64,000 nucleotides of DNA from an uncultured Acidobacteriota bacterium (GTDB lineage Bacteria > Acidobacteriota > Terriglobia > Acidiferrales > UBA7541), in assembly GCA_963831545.1 (NCBI GenBank), contig CAWHQX010000011.1, positions 143,206 through 207,205 on the forward strand, in the 5' to 3' direction. How positions within the stretch are numbered: position 1 is the stretch's first letter; every line of letters starts with the position of its first letter. Both the position numbers and the translations under genes were made by a program. The notes beneath the pieces were generated by a model. It was given only the letters and a program-made list of their open reading frames with translations. It ran no database searches and had not been told where the DNA came from. Positions 58,742 to 64,000 of this stretch are shown piece after piece.

Positions 58742-59743
58742 ATGGTTGTCGCGATGCTGGCTGTTCCCGTACTGGCCGGTGCACAATCGGCGACTAGTGA
58801 TTCAGTCGTTCGATTCAAGGGCACGATGCAGAACGTTAAAGCCTCCTTTGGCCCGGCAGAGCCTGTGGCTCGCCTGAAACCGGGCGAGATTCTCGAAGCA
58901 AGTTCGTTGGATTGTTTCGGCAATGCCCTGCAAAAGCCGGGCGATCCGTTTTCCTTAATTAAAATTGATAACCCGCTGACTGGGCCCTTCTATATTGAGG
59001 GGGCGGAGCCTGGCGACACGCTCGTCGTTCATATCCTGGATTTGCAGGTCGACAGCAAACAGGGAGTCGGGACATTCGGCCCAGGTTTTGGCGCTGCGAA
59101 CTCCACCCATTACACGCCAATGCTTGAAAAGGAGCCGCTGCCAGAACGCGCATGGTACTACCCGATCGACGCCGAGAAGAAGCTCATCACCTTCCAGGCG
59201 ATCGATTCCGATTTTAAGGTCCAGTTTCCGCTGAAGCCTTTCCTTGGCTGCATTGGAGTTGCCCCTGGGCACGGTGAAGTGCGCAGTTCGATTGTGCCTG
59301 CTGAATTCGGCGGAAACATGGATGCTCCGGAGGTGTCTCCGGGCAATACGCTGTATCTGCCGGTGAACGTCAAAGGGGCTCTTTTTTATTTTGGCGACGG
59401 ACACGCCGCGATGGGCGACGGAGAAGTGGCAGGAAGCGCCGTAGAAGTTCCGATGCGCGCTCGATTCAAGTTTGAACTGGTGAAGGGGAAGAGCTCTGGA
59501 TGGCCGCGGCTCGAGAACGAGCACGAAATCATGGCCACCGGAATTTATCGCCCCGTTGATGACGCCGTGCGCATTGCGGTCACCGAAATCATCGACTGGA
59601 TCCACCAGGATTACGGTCTTTCCGAACTGGACGCATACGAACTGTTCTCCAAGGTCGGAAAACTGCATCTCACCGAGATGGTGGATCCCAATTACGTCGT
59701 AATTGCGTCGATCGACAAGAGATATTTGCCGAACAAAAAATGA
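58742..59743 (+). CDS. Acetamidase/formamidase-family protein with signal peptide
   Basis: NPLTGPFYIEGAEPGDTL, FGGNMD, GDGHAAMGDGEV. Confidence 0.88.
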   Translation: MVVAMLAVPVLAGAQSATSDSVVRFKGTMQNVKASFGPAEPVARLKPGEILEASSLDCFGNALQKPGDPFSLIKIDNPLTGPFYIEGAEPGDTLVVHILDLQVDSKQGVGTFGPGFGAANSTHYTPMLEKEPLPERAWYYPIDAEKKLITFQAIDSDFKVQFPLKPFLGCIGVAPGHGEVRSSIVPAEFGGNMDAPEVSPGNTLYLPVNVKGALFYFGDGHAAMGDGEVAGSAVEVPMRARFKFELVKGKSSGWPRLENEHEIMATGIYRPVDDAVRIAVTEIIDWIHQDYGLSELDAYELFSKVGKLHLTEMVDPNYVVIASIDKRYLPNKK

Positions 59744-60138
59744 TGTACAGCCGATTGCTGCTTGACCATTTTGAATACCCACGAAATGCCGGCGAATTGA
59801 CCCTCGCCGATGCCGTCGTCGAAGTGACCAATCCCGTTTGTGGTGATTTGCTGAAATTATCTGCAACGATGAAAGCGGGGAAGATTCATGAGGCGAAGTT
59901 TCTCTGTCGCGGGTGCACCACTGCCATTGCCTGCGGATCGCTCCTGACCGAGCAAATGCGCGGGAGAGAACGATCCGAGCTTAAGGGATTGACTGCGGAA
60001 TATCTGTCGGCCGCGCTAGGTGGTGTACCGGAGGCCTCGTATCATGCGGCGCAATTGGCAGAAGACGCTGTCAGAGCGCTGACGGCAGTGCTCGAGAAAC
60101 GGGAGTCTCCGCCTCGATTTCCATCAAAGAGCCAATGA
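59740..60138 (+). CDS. IscU/NifU-like Fe-S scaffold protein
   Basis: LLDHFEYPRNAG, NPVCGD, GCTTAIAC. Confidence 0.85.
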   Translation: MMYSRLLLDHFEYPRNAGELTLADAVVEVTNPVCGDLLKLSATMKAGKIHEAKFLCRGCTTAIACGSLLTEQMRGRERSELKGLTAEYLSAALGGVPEASYHAAQLAEDAVRALTAVLEKRESPPRFPSKSQ

Positions 60139-60150
60139 CTCTAATTAAGC

Positions 60151-60738
60151 TCACTTCGATGGATTCGCAAAGCGGGTAAATGTTGCGGGATCATTTAGAT
60201 TAAGAACGCAGCCTTCCTCTGTCGTCACATATTCATGGACATCGTTCTTGTTCGCCCAGACGACCGCTCTCGCTCCTTTATCCATCGGCGCCGCGAGTAA
60301 TTCAGGATAGAGTGTCGAAGAGAACACGACAGGATGACCGCGCTGGCCTCGAAACACTGGCAAGGCAATCAAAGCGCGAGAGGAATAAAAGTGCGAAATC
60401 AATCTGCTTACCAGGTCTGCGCTGATCAATGGATGATCGATCAAAAAAAGAATCAGTCCATCCGTTTTTGCCGGTAAACTGCGCAATGCGGCGTGAAGGG
60501 AACTCAGTTGACCTTCTTTCCAGTTTTCATTGATTACGATTTCGTCTTCGGCCAAATCGACCAACTTGCCAATCGGCTCCGCATGCGCCCCCAGCACAAT
60601 TCGCCTTACTCCGATTTCGGGATGTCGTGTGATTTCGAGAAGATGATCAAGAAATGGCCGGCCCTGATAGGGCAGCAATGCTTTGGGCGAACCCATTCTG
60701 CTCGATGATCCACCAGAAAGAATGACTGCCGCAAGCAT
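60151..60738 (-). CDS. MocA/YgfJ-like nucleotidyltransferase
   Basis: ILSGGSSSRMGSPKALL, GQLSSL, LIDHP, GHPV. Confidence 0.88.
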   Translation of the reverse strand: MLAAVILSGGSSSRMGSPKALLPYQGRPFLDHLLEITRHPEIGVRRIVLGAHAEPIGKLVDLAEDEIVINENWKEGQLSSLHAALRSLPAKTDGLILFLIDHPLISADLVSRLISHFYSSRALIALPVFRGQRGHPVVFSSTLYPELLAAPMDKGARAVVWANKNDVHEYVTTEEGCVLNLNDPATFTRFANPSK

Positions 60739-60746
60739 TGCTACGG

Positions 60747-61571
60747 CTACCTTGTTTCTACGGCGTCGCGTAGTTCCAGGTTAAGCTTTTTGTGGGACGC
60801 ATTCAGGGCATTGCGCCGTACCGCGATTAATTCACCAACGATGCTGAGCGCAATTTCTTCAGGCGACAACGCGCCAATGTCCAGACCCATTGGAGCGAAC
60901 ACGCGCTCGAATTCTTCCTTACGGTAACCTTCTTTTTCGAGCGCCTTATAGACACTCAAGACCTTTCTCTTGCTGCCAATCATCCCTACATACCGGGCCG
61001 CCGTCCTCACGGCCCATGCGAGAACCCGCATATCCTCCTTATGCCCGCGCGTCACGATCACCAGATAAGAAGAGCCATTCGGTCGCAGTGTTTGCAATGC
61101 TTCGTCGTAGCTGGTGAAAATCTGCTGCGCCATCGGAAATCGCTCTGCATTACCGAATGCTTCCCGATCATCGATTACGCTGACCGCAAAGCCAACCGCA
61201 TGAGCAGCATTTGCCACCGCCATTGAAACATGGCCACCCCCAAAAATGAGCACAACCGGTTGCGGCAATATTGGCTCGACAAAAATCTCTACTGTCCCGC
61301 CGCAGATCAATCCGTTGTCGTACTTTGCCTCATGATTGAGTTGAAAGACCAGTTTGCGCGGTAGCTCGTTGGCCATGACTTCCTTCGCAGCGGCCCAGAC
61401 ATCGGCTTCGACGCACCCTCCGCCAATCGTACCCATTGTCGATCCGTCTTCCCGTACGAGCATCCGGGAGCTTTCATAACTGGGGATCGATCCCTGGGTA
61501 TGCACAATCGTGGCCAGAGCGCCCCGCTGTCCGGCACGCCGCATTCGCACGATCTCTTCAAACAAGTCCAT
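60747..61571 (-). CDS. XdhC/CoxI-family molybdoenzyme maturation protein
   Basis: GTIGGGCVE, GLICGG, IFGGGHV, VTRGH, YVGMIGSKRK, GLDIGALSPEEIA. Confidence 0.9.
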   Translation of the reverse strand: MDLFEEIVRMRRAGQRGALATIVHTQGSIPSYESSRMLVREDGSTMGTIGGGCVEADVWAAAKEVMANELPRKLVFQLNHEAKYDNGLICGGTVEIFVEPILPQPVVLIFGGGHVSMAVANAAHAVGFAVSVIDDREAFGNAERFPMAQQIFTSYDEALQTLRPNGSSYLVIVTRGHKEDMRVLAWAVRTAARYVGMIGSKRKVLSVYKALEKEGYRKEEFERVFAPMGLDIGALSPEEIALSIVGELIAVRRNALNASHKKLNLELRDAVETR

Positions 61572-61671
61572 AAGCATCAGCCTACGAGGCAGTGCGGCAA
61601 GTGTCAATTGGGCGGACCGCCGAATCCGATGTATTTTGTAGGGACGCAATACTGGGCATTGGAGGACTTTT

Positions 61672-62703
61672 ATGAAAGCCATCGTCATGCACCAGCACGG
61701 CGGCCCGTCGGTCTTGCAGTATCAGGATTGTGAGGATCCGGCGATTGGTGCGAACGAAGTCCTCGTTCGAGTCCGTGGCTGCGCATTGAATCATCTCGAT
61801 CTATGGGTACGCAGAGGGTTGCCCGGTGTCCGGATTCCGCTTCCGCATATCCCTGGCAGCGATGTGTCGGGCGAGATCGCAAAGATTGGTTGCGACGTGC
61901 GAACCGTGAAGGTTGGGGAGAAGGTTGTGCTGGCTCCAGGTGTGACGTGCGGACGTTGCCCCGCCTGCGTTGCCGGGAATGACAATCGGTGCCTCGAATT
62001 TACCAATCTCGGTTACAAAATCGATGGTGGCTGCGCCGAATTTGTGCGATGCCCGGAAGTCAATTGCATGCCCTACCCGGAGAATCTGGACTGGGTGCAG
62101 GCGGCTGCCGTGCCGCTCGTCTTTATGACAGCGTGGCACATGCTCGTCAACCGGGCTCGACTGCAGTCCGGAGAAGATGTCCTCGTGCTGGCTGGCGGTA
62201 GCGGCGTAGGAATGGCCGCGATTCAGATCGCGAAATTGTATGGCGCACGCGTGATCGCCACAGCGGGCTCGGAGGAAAAGCTGCAGAAGGCGAGGGAGCT
62301 GGGAGCTGACGAAGGCATTAATCACCGAACGACGGAAATCGACAAGGAGGTCCGGCGACTTACAGCCAATCGTGGTGTCGACGTCGTGATCGAGCACGTT
62401 GGTACGGCAACATGGAACAAGAGCCTTCGAAGTCTGGCGCAGGCGGGCAGGCTCGTGACGTGCGGTGCAACGACCGGCTACGATGCAACGATCGATTTGC
62501 GCTTCTTGTTCTCGAGACAGCTTTCATTGCTGGGCTCATATATGGGAACGAAAGCCGATCTACGAATCGTTCTGAAGTTAGTGGTCCAGGGCCGGCTGAA
62601 ACCCATCGTCGATCAGGTTCTTCCGCTCAGAGAATGCTCCTCCGCTCACGAATACCTCGAACAAGGAAGACAATTCGGTAAAGTCGTTCTGAGCGTTCCC
62701 TGA
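61672..62703 (+). CDS. Zinc-binding alcohol dehydrogenase / quinone-oxidoreductase family (MDR)
   Basis: ALNHLD, PHIPGSD, structural-Zn segment CGRCPAC...C, GGSGVG, GKVVL. Confidence 0.9.
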   Translation: MKAIVMHQHGGPSVLQYQDCEDPAIGANEVLVRVRGCALNHLDLWVRRGLPGVRIPLPHIPGSDVSGEIAKIGCDVRTVKVGEKVVLAPGVTCGRCPACVAGNDNRCLEFTNLGYKIDGGCAEFVRCPEVNCMPYPENLDWVQAAAVPLVFMTAWHMLVNRARLQSGEDVLVLAGGSGVGMAAIQIAKLYGARVIATAGSEEKLQKARELGADEGINHRTTEIDKEVRRLTANRGVDVVIEHVGTATWNKSLRSLAQAGRLVTCGATTGYDATIDLRFLFSRQLSLLGSYMGTKADLRIVLKLVVQGRLKPIVDQVLPLRECSSAHEYLEQGRQFGKVVLSVP

Positions 62704-62810
62704 AGGTTGCCGTTCATTCAGGGCGCGATCGACCCGAAAAAATTGCAGACTCTCGCGCCGTTTGTCTCTCCGGGGATGCTATGACAGAATAAAGGGAGTA
62801 CGAGGGAACC

Positions 62811-63350
62811 ATGGAAACGACTTTGGGCAAGAGTGTCACACTCACCAAACCGGAAGACTTCGGCAAGCTGCTTCAGGATGAAGGCATTATCTTCACTCAG
62901 CTCGATAAGGCGGTAAACTGGGCGCGGAGCAGCTCCATCTGGCCACTCGGATTTGGCTTGGCTTGCTGTGCCATTGAAATGATGTCAATGGCCGCATCCC
63001 GTTTTGACCTGGCGCGCTTTGGCGCAGAGGTATTTCGTCCGTCTCCCCGTCAGGCCGATCTCATGATCGTTGCGGGCCGCCTGTCGCAAAAAATGGCGCC
63101 GGTCATCAAGCAACTGTACGATCAGATGCCGGAACCGAAGTGGGTGATTTCGATGGGCGCCTGCGCTACATCGGGCGGCGTCTTTAATAACTACGCGATT
63201 GTGCAGGGATGCAACCAGGTAATTCCTGTCGACGTATACGTTCCGGGCTGCCCTCCGCGTCCGGAAGCGGTGCTTTACGCCATACTGCAATTACAGAAGA
63301 AGATCGAAGGCGAAAAGGGTTCCTTCAAGCGCGCCTTGAATATCGCGTAG
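62811..63350 (+). CDS. nuoB: NADH-quinone oxidoreductase subunit B
   Basis: [35 protein letters not shown]. Confidence 0.96.
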   Translation: METTLGKSVTLTKPEDFGKLLQDEGIIFTQLDKAVNWARSSSIWPLGFGLACCAIEMMSMAASRFDLARFGAEVFRPSPRQADLMIVAGRLSQKMAPVIKQLYDQMPEPKWVISMGACATSGGVFNNYAIVQGCNQVIPVDVYVPGCPPRPEAVLYAILQLQKKIEGEKGSFKRALNIA

Positions 63351-63390
63351 GCTGCTCCTCCAGTTGAAGGCACTCGAACCACGGTAAATC

Positions 63391-63999
63391 TCATCCTGGG
63401 GAGCCCGAAGCCGGCGCGTACACAGTCGCCGTCCCTCCCTCCTTCAATTCAAGAACGGATTCCGGGACAGCTTTCTCCCTGCGAACGTAGCCCATTCCGA
63501 TGTACGCGTGCGCAGCCGGAGAAAATCCGGCTCGCGTAACATAGCCGACTTGCGTCCCATCAAACAGCAGCGGAGTACCACGTTCGGGTTGCTCCTTCGA
63601 TTCGAATTTCAGCGAGACACGGGTTCGATTGACATGTCCACGCGATCGAACTCGTTCAACAATTTCCTGCCCCGTATAGCAGCCTTTGGTGTAGCTGATG
63701 TGGGAAGTCTGCAGCCCGGCCTCGTGCGGAATCTGTTTTTCGCCGAAATCGTAGCTGAACCAGGGGACACCCTGCTCCAATCGAACCACGTTTAAGCTTT
63801 TATATCCTGCTGCTCCCCCGCCAACGTCACGTGCGGCATCCAGCAGCAAATTCCAGAGCGGTTGCAATTGCGCCCGCTTCGCAAGGAACTCTATGCTCGC
63901 GACGCCGCCCACGGTTCGCTTGCTGATCGAACAGGCGTAGGTACCGAGCGTACAATCCCGCATTTCCATTTCCCTGAGGTCACCCACGTCTACCCCAAG
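63391..63999 (-). CDS. YgfZ/GcvT-like folate-binding protein, partial (frame open to the right edge)
   Basis: ISYTKGCYTGQEIVER signature. Confidence 0.9.
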   Translation of the reverse strand, partial: LGVDVGDLREMEMRDCTLGTYACSISKRTVGGVASIEFLAKRAQLQPLWNLLLDAARDVGGGAAGYKSLNVVRLEQGVPWFSYDFGEKQIPHEAGLQTSHISYTKGCYTGQEIVERVRSRGHVNRTRVSLKFESKEQPERGTPLLFDGTQVGYVTRAGFSPAAHAYIGMGYVRREKAVPESVLELKEGGTATVYAPASGSPG

Positions 64000-64000
64000 C

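Overview
Window from a diderm bacterium, probably Acidobacteriota; this is inferred from gene repertoire only, and no database search was run. It has three parts. (1) 1-5.3 kb: a partial membrane protein and a decayed xylan/xyloside locus (GPH transporter, GH10 remnant, intact GH52 beta-xylosidase). (2) About 6.2-50.2 kb: an accessory island that ends at an integrase remnant beside the 3' end of tRNA-Asp. It holds two paralogous NarL-type two-component systems, a receiver-only protein, a class D sortase with an LPKTG substrate, DUF3300/DUF2950, an RND pump, anion transporters, PPK2, PFK, a DcaP porin, Orn/Lys/Arg and Asp decarboxylases with AspT, a PAS protein with 198-bp tandem repeats, and several frameshifted or truncated genes. 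(3) 50.3-64 kb: ordinary backbone (tRNAs, DUF507 pair, M48 protease, bshB1, aceE, NUDIX, XdhC/MocA, nuoB, ygfZ-like). The main observation is a 20-bp palindrome, (A)ACTAGGG-N4-CCCTAGT(T). I found 12 copies, all in intergenic regions of the island, and 11 have a -10-like hexamer starting 31.5-32.5 bp from the dyad centre. This suggests a self-contained activator regulon, probably run by the island's own NarL-family regulators. Family calls come from motif recognition by eye.
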